This document shows positions 37,020 through 48,803 of a stretch of DNA of 64,000 nucleotides, piece by piece. The translations under genes and the position numbers were made by a program. This stretch comes from Balanoglossus misakiensis (lineage: Eukaryota > Animalia > Hemichordata), in assembly GCA_040954595.2 (NCBI GenBank), contig CM082591.2, forward strand, positions 9,565,309-9,629,308, read 5' to 3'. Position 1 is the stretch's first letter. The number at the start of each line of letters is the position of its first letter. The notes beneath the pieces were generated by a model. That model was given only the letters and a program-made list of their open reading frames with translations. It had not been told where the DNA came from and made no database searches.

Positions 37020-40000
37020 CTGTCTGTCTGTCTGTATACCCGATATCTCAAGAACCGCTGAACCGATTTCAACCAAATTTAGTACACATGTTCAGATATC
37101 ATATGGCAAGAACTGAAAAGGTTTTGGTGGGTGTGGCTTTGATATTAATGAAGTTATTAAAGTTTTAATTTTTCTATTACATGGTTGTCTATGAGAGCTT
37201 TCGTTAATGCCGCATATATGACCAGTGGAAACGATAGTTTGAGGAGATCGACTGTTTGAGGGCGCTGTGAAATGAGAAAGTCCAGTTTTGCTGTAGCTTG
37301 GGCTGTAGCTGTGTTATAGTATATAGCTCTGTGCTCAGACAGTGTACTCGTCGTTACAGTTACACAGTTTCAGGATCTAAATGGCAAGAACTGGAAAGGT
37401 TTTGGTAGGTGTGGCTTGGATAGTAATGAAATTATCAAATTTTTAATTTGTGAAATGAGACATTCCTGGCGATATTGCCTTGGTTCTGTCCATGCTGAGA
37501 CGCTGTACCCGTCGTTACGAATAACTTCCCTACGTGAATCCACAAGGAAGCTAACGTTGTTTAGTTGCTTCATAGAGCGTAAATTGTTAATCTACAGTCA
37601 ATCTCAAAATGTCACCAGGCTTTCTATTTGTCTATTGTTCAGAGAAAAATAACATGGCGGTTGATCACACTAAACAGTAAAATCCGTTTTGTGTGTTTAT
37701 AGGCAGTCTGTTATCGCCAATACTATATAGCGATTGCTAGATGGCCTACCCAATATGTGATCGAGCGAGAATGATAACATTGAATGTCTGTTCAGATCTC
37801 ATTCCGTACGTCATACGTCAACATTTCGATTTCGATTTAATCCATTCATAAATAATTTAGAGAAAGTCGTCTTGAATTGCGACCCCGACTATCAATTTTA
37901 CGATGATTTTTTGGCGACGGAATACACGAGACGCCATTGCATTATAACTAGGTCAGCTGGACTTCCAAGGTTACCATTTTGTGTGTATGGAATCTTATCA
38001 CAGAGACCACGTACTTTGACAATATGCCATGCTATATCAATGACGCCCCAGAAAATCTGTCGAAAAATGAATTTGTCTTCTCATGGTGGTGCAATATATT
38101 TTAATGTCTATTTTGAGGTTGATTTTGGTTTTTGGCTAACATGTATATCAATGTCAGCTTATAGCAATATTAACTGGAAAAATGTTCAAATAGTCAAAAT
38201 TGAAAAACTTAATAACAGCGGATCAGATTCAGTTAAAAATTGGCGTGCATTGGTGTGCAAGTACTTTGGGAAGACCTCGTATGATTTTGTTCAGGTGGAG
38301 TCAGTATCTGGCGTTTGCTATTTTTTATGAATTTTTTGGGGAATTTTCTGCAGTTTTGTTAAAAAAATTTCTTCTCTGAAATTACATGTCCAATTGATTG
38401 GAAACTTGGTATGGAGGTTCATAGGGCTTACCTGAATCACATTTGTGCAAACGGTGGTGAAATTTGCAAAAATTCATTTTTGGGTAATATTTCCTGTTTT
38501 TGTCAAAAAATCAAATCCTGTGAAACTGTAAGTGCAATTGTTTTGATACTTTGTATTTGGGTTCCTAGGGGTGATCTCAGTCAGATATGATCAAATTGTA
38601 ATGAAATTTGCATAATTGTATTTTTGGGGAATTTCTGCAGGGTTTGGCCAAATAGTCTTCAGTAAAACCACAAGTCCAATTGATTGGAAACTTTGAATGG
38701 GAATTCATATATGTGATATCAGTCAGATTTGTCTGAATTTCCTGTTGTTTGCCAAAATGTCTTCCTTATTGAAACTTGTTAAAGAGGTTCTTAGGCATGA
38801 ACAGAAATCAAGACCTGATGTAAACTCAGAATTGAAAAGAAATGTTTTCATTCAAATATTGTCGAAATATCAATATGTGTGATAGTGTACTTTTCTATCC
38901 TGGTTATGGTTTAAATATGGAGTTGTCACAATAATGAAATAATAAGAGGCACTGATCAGTATTCAACAATTAGGTTACAAGGGGGAGTGCAGGGGTTTCA
39001 AGCTAAACTTATTTTTTGTTATTTGACATCGTCCCTAACCCCTTACAAAAATTGACAAGGCAACAATTCCACAAACATGTTTACATTTCACAATGGTGCA
39101 ACACACAACCCTTACACCATATACACTATAAACCAAACAGTCAGGACGTAAGTGGGGTAATTACGGCGGTGAGATCAAAGAGATCTATTTGAATGTGAAC
39201 GTCGCTGAGTGGCAGTTACGGCCAGTTCGAAAAATTTTCAAACGGAGATTTTCGGTACTACAAGTGATCGTAGTGCACCCATTTTTCTAAGACGTGTATG
39301 AAACACCATAGTCAATGATAGGATGATTTTTCGTGAAGTTTTAACGACGCGTTCCCGATATAGACAGTTTCGGTATGTTGGTTTAAATTGCGGTCCTTGA
39401 CTCTCGGCAAAGATTTCTTGTCTTGAAAAAAATTGGGTAGGTTAGGAAGATATTGAACTAAGTTACTGTGAAATTATAATAGTGTGAGCCGCTCCGTTGT
39501 GGAGTAATGACGGTGTAAAAATTGCCTTCGCCATCGACGAGTACAGCCGTGTTTGCCATATGTGTATGCATTGAAGTAGGTCAACGCATGTTAACCCATG
39601 ACGTAATGGCTTCCTTTTCAACGCATCGTTATCTCTCATTAGCATATTACATAAGGAGTCTATACACTATTCACGCTGACTGACTTCTCAGGACTGACCT
39701 ATGGCACTGTAAATTGTGGTCCTTGACTCTCGGCATGGATATATTCATGTCAAAATTATGAATAGAGGAGTTTAATAATGTTTCTAAAACCTGAGGGGGT
39801 TAATTTTTGTGTGGGTATGGCTGATATATATTTGTGATTTTTTAACTTCAAGGTCACTTTGAATTTCGTGATCACAATTTTGTCAGTGGAAGTAAAGAAA
39901 TTCTTCTCGATAAAACTTCATGAAAAATCACATGTAGTACACTCATAGTACCAGTAATGTGCCTGGGGTGAAATAATTGTCAGAAATGGGTTGCAAGTTG

Positions 40001-40218
40001 CTTAACTTTCGTTGTGAAAAAAGTTGAAAAACTGTATGCAAATGAGCAATTCAAACGTTACTGGCCAGTTCAAGTGTTTGCATTGCATGATCCCCTGCTG
40101 TTTAATTACCCCACTTACGTCCTGACTGCAAAATGGTTTAGCACTGGTTTTTCTAATCTTGTTATTCCGTCAACCAATCATAGTACTGCACGTGAGCATA
40201 TTCAGTTAATATCTGGTT
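36944..40218 (+). mobile_element. Helentron-like non-autonomous element
   Basis: tttttagctcacgtgattttcacgtgagct plus (TG)n/(TCTG)n at the 5' end; cacgtgagcatattcagttaatatctggtt at the 3' end; absent from duplication copy 2. Confidence 0.7.
39138..40128. mobile_element. Non-autonomous DNA transposon with 26-bp perfect TIRs and 4-bp target duplication (Sola-like, inferred)
   Basis: CAAA|CAGTCAGGACGTAAGTGGGGTAATTA...TAATTACCCCACTTACGTCCTGACTG|CAAA. Confidence 0.85.
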
Positions 40219-43028
40219 CTGAAAATGTGACAAAATCAACAAATCAACAATAATCAGTCACCAATCATGCATTATGTGTTATTCGAGGGAACCTGAGCGG
40301 GTCCCATAAACCTGCCAACCCATGCTAGCCATGACTTTACAAATGTTTTCGTCATACTATGCAGAAAATTCTGGCTGCCTTAAATAGGTTTTCACTTTGC
40401 GCTAGGTGTCAAATCTCATTGCATTCTGGGCGGAAAGTCCATAACCAACTCTAGTAAGAGATAGAAGAAATGATATGTTTACTGTATGTCATGACTTCCT
40501 TTGGTCAAACATTTCTGTCTCGGTAGTTAGCATATTAAACTTTTTTCACTTTTGCAATTTTTTCTATTAAAAAGTTCAAGAATGACCCATCATCATTTTA
40601 TCTTATGAACTCCCATTTCTTTAACATGGCAAAAATCGGCCATCTTGAAATTGTCGACCGTATGAGATTTTCATCACTCATTTAGGGTATCTTAAAACGT
40701 GTTTAAAGTAGGGAAAATTGTATAGGCATGACTTGGGCTGTAAATTTGATGAAATAGCTACATGCCTATTGTTCACAAGCAGCTGACTGTACTGTAAGAC
40801 TGGAAGTGTTGTTTTCATATTTTACATATTCAATATTTGTAATTAGACCATGTCATGTATATCTTGGGGATTGCTCGATCGCAATGTCTCTGCTGGTACA
40901 ATGTCCTTTTAACATGTTCAGTAATATGGTAGTAATTGTAAGTTTGTGTGCGGCATTTGTAAATTATTTACAATTTATAAATTATTTTGTAAGTTTCTTC
41001 ATTCTCAAATTGCTTGCCTAACGTACTGCATTAACATTTACATTTCGGTATGATTTTGAGTAGACTTTTTGTTTCAAAATTATTTTCGACACTTTTGGGT
41101 GATATGATTTTACATGGAAAATCTGATTTCCCTGTAATTCGGTTGACAGGATTTTCACCATATCTCTAAATCATGAAGTACATGTATCAGAATTGCATCA
41201 GGCCCCCAAAATTCTAGTCGCCTTTGGCAAGTAATATTAGCCATTGATCTGGGAAAGTTACAAAAATGTGTTGTCCAAGGACGTTGAAGGTACATGTGGT
41301 TTTTACACTTGCTGCATGTTTATAATTTGCAATAGAAATAGACACTCAGTGCCAGCCCACTATCCCGTCTCCTTATTGCTGACTTGTATGTATGTATGTA
41401 TGTACGCATTTTATCAGAATTATTAGGTCCCATTTGGTATATGTATTTATACCATGGTACCTTACGGGATCAGTTGCACCTGTATGTATGGATGTTTGTA
41501 TGTCCATCAACATCAAACATTTGGAAACTACTGGCATTTCACATTGATATTTAATGTGCAGACAGGGCAGTAGATGGGAGTTTGTCTAAGTGAAGTTGTC
41601 ATTGCCAAAATATGCAAATTAGCTGGGAAAGTGTCAAATTCGTCAAAACTTGGGAACTCAACAACTACTGGGCAAATTGCTTTCAAAATTGATAATTGGT
41701 ATGCATGTACCTTATGGTATCCTCTCACAATTCTACATGTTGTGAGCTAATAATGTGAATTTTCTATTTTTAAGCATTTTTTTTGTCTCTTTCCACATTG
41801 TCGGTAAAAACCTACTTTTCTGGAATTGATCAGCTGACTTGTTTGAAATTTATTATGAAGCTTCATAGGTGATCTGAGTTACCAACCATAGTTTTGTTTA
41901 AATTGTTGCAAAAAATTGCGTATTTATAATTTTGGAGCAATTTTTAGGTCCCATTTGGTTTATGTACATATATACGATTGGGACCTTATGGAATCAGTTG
42001 CATTTGTATGTATGAGTGAATGGATGAAAACCGCTGGGCATATCACTTCCATATTTAGTGTGTAGATGCAGGCGGGGCTGTAGATGGGATTTTGTTCAAA
42101 TGAAATTGTCATTGCCAAAATATTACCTATGTAAATGTGAAATTGGTCAAAAGTCAGAAACTTGACAACCACTGGTCAGATTGGTATGTCAATGAACCCC
42201 ATACAGTCCTGTATGTTGTGAGCTAATATTATGAATTTTCTAATGTTTATTAATTTTTTTGTCTTTTTCCACGTTATTGGTAAAAAAAAACTTCACTTCT
42301 GAAAGCGACAGTCCGACTCCTTCGAAATTTAGTATGAAGCTTCCTATAGGTGGTCCGAGTTACCATATTTTTGGTTCAGATTGTTGTAAAATAGACATAT
42401 TTATAATTTTGAGCAATTTTGCCAATTATGGTCAGAATGCTTTGCAATTTGGTAGGCAGATTCCCAGGGGTAACCCAAGTAAGATGTCATAAAAATGGTT
42501 AAAACTGCGTGCTTGTGTTATTGGGGATATTTTTGGCAATCTTTGTCAAAAACTGTTTTCTCTTAAACCGTTCAAACCGTTGTCAGATTGCTTTGAATTT
42601 TGGCAGGAATGTTCCTTGTAGTGATTGAAGTAAGATGGTGTACAATTATAGAGATTTTTGCATATTTGTGTTTTTGCCACTTTTGAACAAATGTGTTTTT
42701 CTTTGAAACTGCTTTTTTGATGGCTTTGAAATATGGTAGGAATATTCCTAGGGGTAACCCAATTTTTTCTGATTGCTTTGGAAGTTAGTTAACAATTTCA
42801 TAACACATGTACATGTATGTGCAACTTTGATTAAATTCTGGTTGTCAATATTTAGGTAGTTTGTTGTAAATTTCTTTGTTTTTGGATAGCAAATCTTTTT
42901 AACCAATTGCTCAGTTTCTGTGAAAGTTACTGTTAACAAGGAGAGTTAGTACACCCAACTTAGACTTTTACACCCAACTTAGAGCTACTATGACTGGTTA
43001 CTAACTTCTATATCTATTTGATTCACAG

Positions 43029-43103
43029 ATGCTGCCTGAAATTGTCTGCATTTCAACTCGGGATTCTCTTCCTCGTCTGGGGCGAGTTTAAGACCGCTCA
43101 ATG
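43029..43103 (+). other. Putative micro-exon A2
   Basis: Duplicate of A1 with 4 substitutions; splice signals intact. Confidence 0.5.
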
Positions 43104-44280
43104 GTAAGCATGACTTGCTGTATATTTGCTTTTATCGGGCGTGGCACAACCGAAACAATAGGAAGCAATGTATGTCTACGAACTAATTTACACCTTCCAG
43201 TTATCAATACGTTTTTCCTTCGAATTCTAGCCTCGATTGCCTGTGATATGATCATGATGACATGAATTAAATGGTCAAGTTCAAATCTTCATGTGAAGCA
43301 TAAATTAAATTTGGATGCATTTCCTTAACCATATAGCTAGAAATTACTCCCATACCAATACACGGGGAGATACCGTAATTTTGGCTGAAAGTGTGCTAGT
43401 CCAACACTATGCTTCATCAAACTGGCTAAGAGATCTATTATTATATATAGACACATGAAGGAAAGTAATGTTGTTTATAGTGAAATAAAACAATACCTTA
43501 GGCCACAAAGAAAAATATAGATCACGACACAAACACGCTGGAGTTTTTTTCAAAAATGTGTGCATAAGATAATATTGGCCCATGGTAACCAAAGCCAAAG
43601 CAGCCCAGTTCCAAATTCGAAACTCGGCTCAGTACCAGAAACTTGCTCAAAGCTACCAAATGCACAGAAAGTTTTGAGAATCTAGATGAAAAATCACCAA
43701 GCGACTAGTGCGCTTGTCTATGTTCAATGTGTCTTCCCTGGTAACAACATGTACTTCCGCCACCATGCCATGAGATATACTGACAGCCACGTTTGAAACA
43801 TTTTAGTATACTGATATTCAAAGTTTAAATGTAAAGACTTACTTTTCTATAGTAAAATAAATGTTTTATAATTGCCAACAATTTACATTCTTGCGCTAAT
43901 CAGTTGTATGAAAAGTGAGGTGGATCAAATGTAAGTTTCATTTTCACAACAAACATAAAGAAATCATTGTACAGTGTTACGTAGATGTCAAAGTGTGTGT
44001 ACACCTGGCGTTTAGAGATATGATGTCAGTTTCACTTGTCACCTAACTGCCATGTTTGTGGTATACCCATGTGGACCACTTTACTGCAGTACTGATGTAA
44101 ATGGAGTTTCAAGATCGCTGTTACAGATTTCTCTGATTCGTATTCCACGTACATTATCGCAGCACAGTCTGACCCTATATTATACCATGTTTTGCATATT
44201 TTCACTAATTAGCATGGCCCAAATAATTCTAAAGCAAGGTTGATTGGTTACTAATTGATATGCATATATTTGATTCACAG

Positions 44281-44353
44281 TCTTAAACACAGCATTTCAA
44301 CGTATGCCGGAGGAGGAAGAGAATACCTAGGCCTGATCCAAGACCGCTTTCCG
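44281..44353 (+). other. Putative micro-exon B2
   Basis: Identical to B1; splice signals intact. Confidence 0.5.
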
Positions 44354-44791
44354 GTAAGCACAACTTGCTGTATACATGCTCCATAGCTTGTTTGTAAAGG
44401 CTACCTTTTCCCATCAAATAGTAAAGTCGCCCTTTCAAAATTATGGTGGTGGCAAGCCACAACTGGTTATCATGGAGAGTCCCATATAAACTTACCAGCC
44501 CAAGCTAGCCATGACTTTACAAATGTTTCCGTCATACTATGCAGAAAATTCTGGCTGCCTTAAATAGGTTTTCACTTTGCGCTAGGGGGTCAAATCACAT
44601 TGCATTCTGGGCGAAAAGTCCACAACCCACTGTAGTAAGAGATGGAAGAAATGATACATTTTGTGTATTTCATGCTTTGGTCAAACATGTCTGTCTCTGT
44701 AGTTAGCATATTAAACTCATTAAACTTTTTTCACATTTTGTTATTTTGTCTGTTAAAAAGTTCAAGAATGACCAATTATCACTTTAGCTTA

Positions 44792-45573
44792 GGCTTCATT
44801 CACAAACACCTCTGGAGGGGGGGAGGGGAGAATTCAATTTTTTTACTGCTAATTTTCACATGCCCCCCCCCCCCCCCGTACACAACCCGAAATATTTTCA
44901 AATCCCCCACCCCCTTCTGAACTGCCAAAATTTTGAAACCCCCCCCCATTTTCTTTCACAGAGCAAAACACATCACCTATCTAACTTGTAAAAAAGAAAA
45001 ACAGCGCTCCCATGAAAAGACTTTGAAACTGATGTTTCCCCTCATCAGTGGGTATTAAAACTGAACATGGTTTTTATTTTTTAAGTATTTGTATTCTGTG
45101 TTGGGAGACATTGTAAACCGAGAATTGAAGGGGGTGGGTGTGGGAAGGGGTGTCCCCCTCCCACGTAAGAAAATTTTATAAAATACAGAGCTCAAAGCTG
45201 CATTTTTATGAACCCGGCAAAAGCAAATTAACTCAACTACCGGTATGTTGGGGAGGATAAATTTAACCGTTGCCGCTCAAAGTTATCATGGGGTGGGGGC
45301 AAGTCCCCTGACCTGGGACACTAGATAAACCAGTCAATGATTGAAAGGTGTTGATGAATGGAGGGGGTGGGTGTGGGAGGGGGTGTAAAATAAAGGGCGC
45401 GAAACTGCATTTTTGTGGACTCAAAATAAATATTTAGTCGTCAAAGTTTTCAAGTCCCCCCCTTTCAGTCCCTAAATTATTTCACATCCCCCCTACATAC
45501 CCTCAATTTTTTCGAATCCCTCCCTCAATTCTCCTGCCCCCCCCCCCCTCCAGAGGTGTTTGTGAATGCAGCC
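44792..45573. mobile_element. PIF/Harbinger-like MITE
   Basis: TTA|GGCTTCATTCACAAACACCTCTGGAGGGG...CCCCTCCAGAGGTGTTTGTGAATGCAGCC|TTA; empty site with a single TTA at 40603-40605. Confidence 0.92.
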
Positions 45574-48500
45574 TTATGAACTCCCATTTCTTTAACATGG
45601 CAAACATCGGCCATCAATTGTCGACCATATGAGATTTGCATCACTCACTAAGGGTAGCTTAAGGGAGAATTGTATAGGCATGACTTGGGCTGTAAATTTG
45701 ATGAAATAGCTACATGCCTATTGTTAACAAGCAGCTGACTGTACTGAAAGACTGGAAGTGTTGTGTACTTATTTTACATATTCAATATTTGTAATTAGAC
45801 CATGTCATGTATATCTTGGGGATTGCTCGATCGCAATGTCTCTGCTGGTACAATGTCCTTTTAACTTGTACAGTAATATGGTAGTGATTGTAAGTTTGTG
45901 TGCGGCATTTGTAAATTATTTTCAATTTATAAATTTTTTGTAAGTTTCTTCATTCTCAAATTGCTTGCCTAACGTACTGCTTTAAAATTTAAATTTTTGT
46001 ATGATTTTGAGTAGACTTTTTGTTTCAAAATTATTTTCGACACTTGACATTTTTGGGTGATATGATTTTACATGGAAAATCTGATTTCCCTGTAATTCGG
46101 TTGACAGGATTTTCACCATATCTCTAAATCATGAAGTACATGTATCAGAATTGCATCAGGCCCCCAAAATTCTAGTCGCCCTTGGCAAGTAATATTAGCC
46201 ATTGTTGTCCAAGGACGTTGAAGGTACAAGTGGTTTTTACACTTACTATGTAGGCATTTTATCAGAATTATTAGGTCCCATTTGGTGCAGGTATATGTAT
46301 TTATACCATGGGACCTTATGGGATCAGTTGCACATGTATATATGGATGTCTGTATGGATGTTTGTCTGTATGTCTATCAATATCAAACACTTGGAAACCA
46401 CTGGCATGTGACCTTGATATTTAGTGTGGAGATGCAGGCAGGGCAGTAGGTGGGAGTTGTCAAAATGAAGTTGTCATTGCCAAAATATGCAAATTAGCTG
46501 GGAAAGTGTCAAATTCGTCAAAACTCGGGAACTCGACAACTACTGAGCAAATTGCTTTCAAAATTGAAAATTGGTATTCCTGTAAGTTATGTTAACCTCA
46601 CACAGTTCTATATGTTGTGAGCTAATAATGTGAATTTTCTATTTTTTATGTATTTATTGTCTCTTTCCACATTATCGGTAGAAAATCTTCTTTTCTGGAA
46701 TTGATCAGCTGACTTATTTGAAATTTAGTATGAAGCTTCATAGGTGATCTGAGTTATCATAGTTTTGTAAGGTCCCATTTGCTTTACCATGGGACCTTAT
46801 GATATCGGTGGATGTATGTATGTATGTCTGTATGTCCGTCCACATCACAAACTTGAAAACCGCTGAGCATATGACCTCGATATTTGGTGTGTAGATGCAG
46901 GCCAGGCTGAAGATTGGAGTTTGTTCAAATGAAGCTGTCATTGCCCAAAATATGCAAATTAGCTAGGAAAATGTGAAATTGGTCAAAACTCAAACTCAAC
47001 AACCACTGGTCACATTGATTTGAAAATCAGTATGCATGTACCTTATGTCTACCTCAAACAGTCCTGTATGTTTTGAGCTAATATTATCGATTTTTAATTT
47101 TTTATGCCAAAAATCTTTTATGCATTTTTTGTATTTTTCCACATTATTGGTAAAGAAATCATCATTTCTAAAAGTTATAGGCCTCATTCTTTGAATTTTA
47201 GTATGAAGCTTCTAATGGTTGTCTGAGTAACCAAAGTTTTGTTCAAATTGTTGAAAAATTTGCATATTTTATTTTTAATTTTGAGCAATTTTTGCCATTT
47301 TTGGTCATTTTTTTTTCTTTAAAACTGCATGCCAGATTGATTTGGTAGGCATATTCCTAAGGGTAAACTGAGTAAGATGTTGTAAAAATGTGATATTATA
47401 TATTGTGTTATTGGAGAGGGGGGGGGGGGGGGTTACTCAAACATTTATAACACCCAGCAACTTTTGGTACTGGCAGTGTTTGTCCTCCAATGATTTCAAC
47501 ATCCTGCTAGGAATACAACCTCTCCTCAACTTCATAAATATAGGGCATGACATTGCACGTTTTTTTAGAACACTGTTTAAAATAACCCTCATCAAGCCTG
47601 TTAACTTATTTAGACAGACTATTATCCAGAATGAAACGAAACATGAATGCAATAAAAAGATCTTGTGCAATAAAAACCAAGTTGATCATAACAATTATTT
47701 GCTACGTACAACATGTACATCACTAATAGAAGTTATGGCTATAAGCATAAACCTGTTTGTTTTGCTATCTTCACTATTCATGTTATCTGACTATATTAAT
47801 ACATTTGCAAGCATACTGTTTCAGACATAGCGAATTTGATAAACATCTACAAATATATTTTTACCTGTTGAAGTTATCAAAATCCAGACACTTGACAAAA
47901 GTAGATTTTTCATCCCCTCTATAGATTGATAGTCTAACATAACAGGCAATCTGTTTCTAACAACTGCAGAAGCCTTCATAAAAAGTTGTTGGCCAGAATG
48001 AAAGCTTGGGGGGACGTAGGATTTCCTACTTTTTAGGTTATTTTTTCTATGGCCCCAAAAAGTTATGACACAAAATTGATGACCCCCCTTGGAATTTATA
48101 ATCCCCCCCCCCCTTATCATACCCTGTCCATATTCTTATAAATGTCAATAAACGCCATACAGTCCTGTATGTTTTGTTTTGAGCTAATATTATGAATTTT
48201 CTATTTTTATTGTTTTGTCTTTTACTGCATTATTGGTAAAAAAAATCTTCCTTTCTGAAAGCGATAGTTTTTGTTCAAATTGCAAATTGTTGTGAAATTG
48301 GTATATTTATAATTTTGAGCAATTTGTATCCATATTCAAATAAATATGAAAAGAAATTTCTCACAGATATTATTTACTTTGATAATACTATCATTCGTGC
48401 AACAACTAATCAATCAAACAGTCAATAATCATAAATTGGGAGTTCAAAACTATCTATAAGGGAGATTTAAAACCCCGTTAGCAACAACTATTTGCCATGT

Positions 48501-48605
48501 TTTCAGTATTAATGTTTTGTGTAGCTTCTGCAGTTTTTAGGTCCCATTTGGTATGTACCATGGGCCTTATGGAATCAGTTGCGTCTGTATTTATGTATGG
48601 ATGTA

Positions 48606-48803
48606 CTGTATTTTCGCGAGTTAAATTTTTCGCGATATCGAGAGAGGCCACTGTTTCGCGAGTATTAATTTTCGCGTTCTCTTATTTCATTCACTGCATC
48701 GTTATCTTCAAAAACAATTTACGTGACTTTTTATTTTCACGTTATTTTGGCTCTCGCGTATTTGGCGAAAATTAATTGCTCGCGAAAATAAAGTGTTTTA
48801 CAG
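48606..48803. mobile_element. TA-flanked MITE inserted in a GTAT microsatellite
   Basis: TA|CTGTA...TACAG|TA with several TTCGCG/CGCGAA motifs. Confidence 0.7.

Larger units (their letters stand above)
35562..42490 (+). repeat. Tandem segmental duplication, copy 1
   Basis: Collinear high identity with 42983-47390 apart from copy-specific indels; right boundary blurred by repeats. Confidence 0.85.
42983..47390 (+). repeat. Tandem segmental duplication, copy 2
   Basis: Starts tatgactggttactaacttcta as at 35567; shares exons A and B and downstream blocks. Confidence 0.85.
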
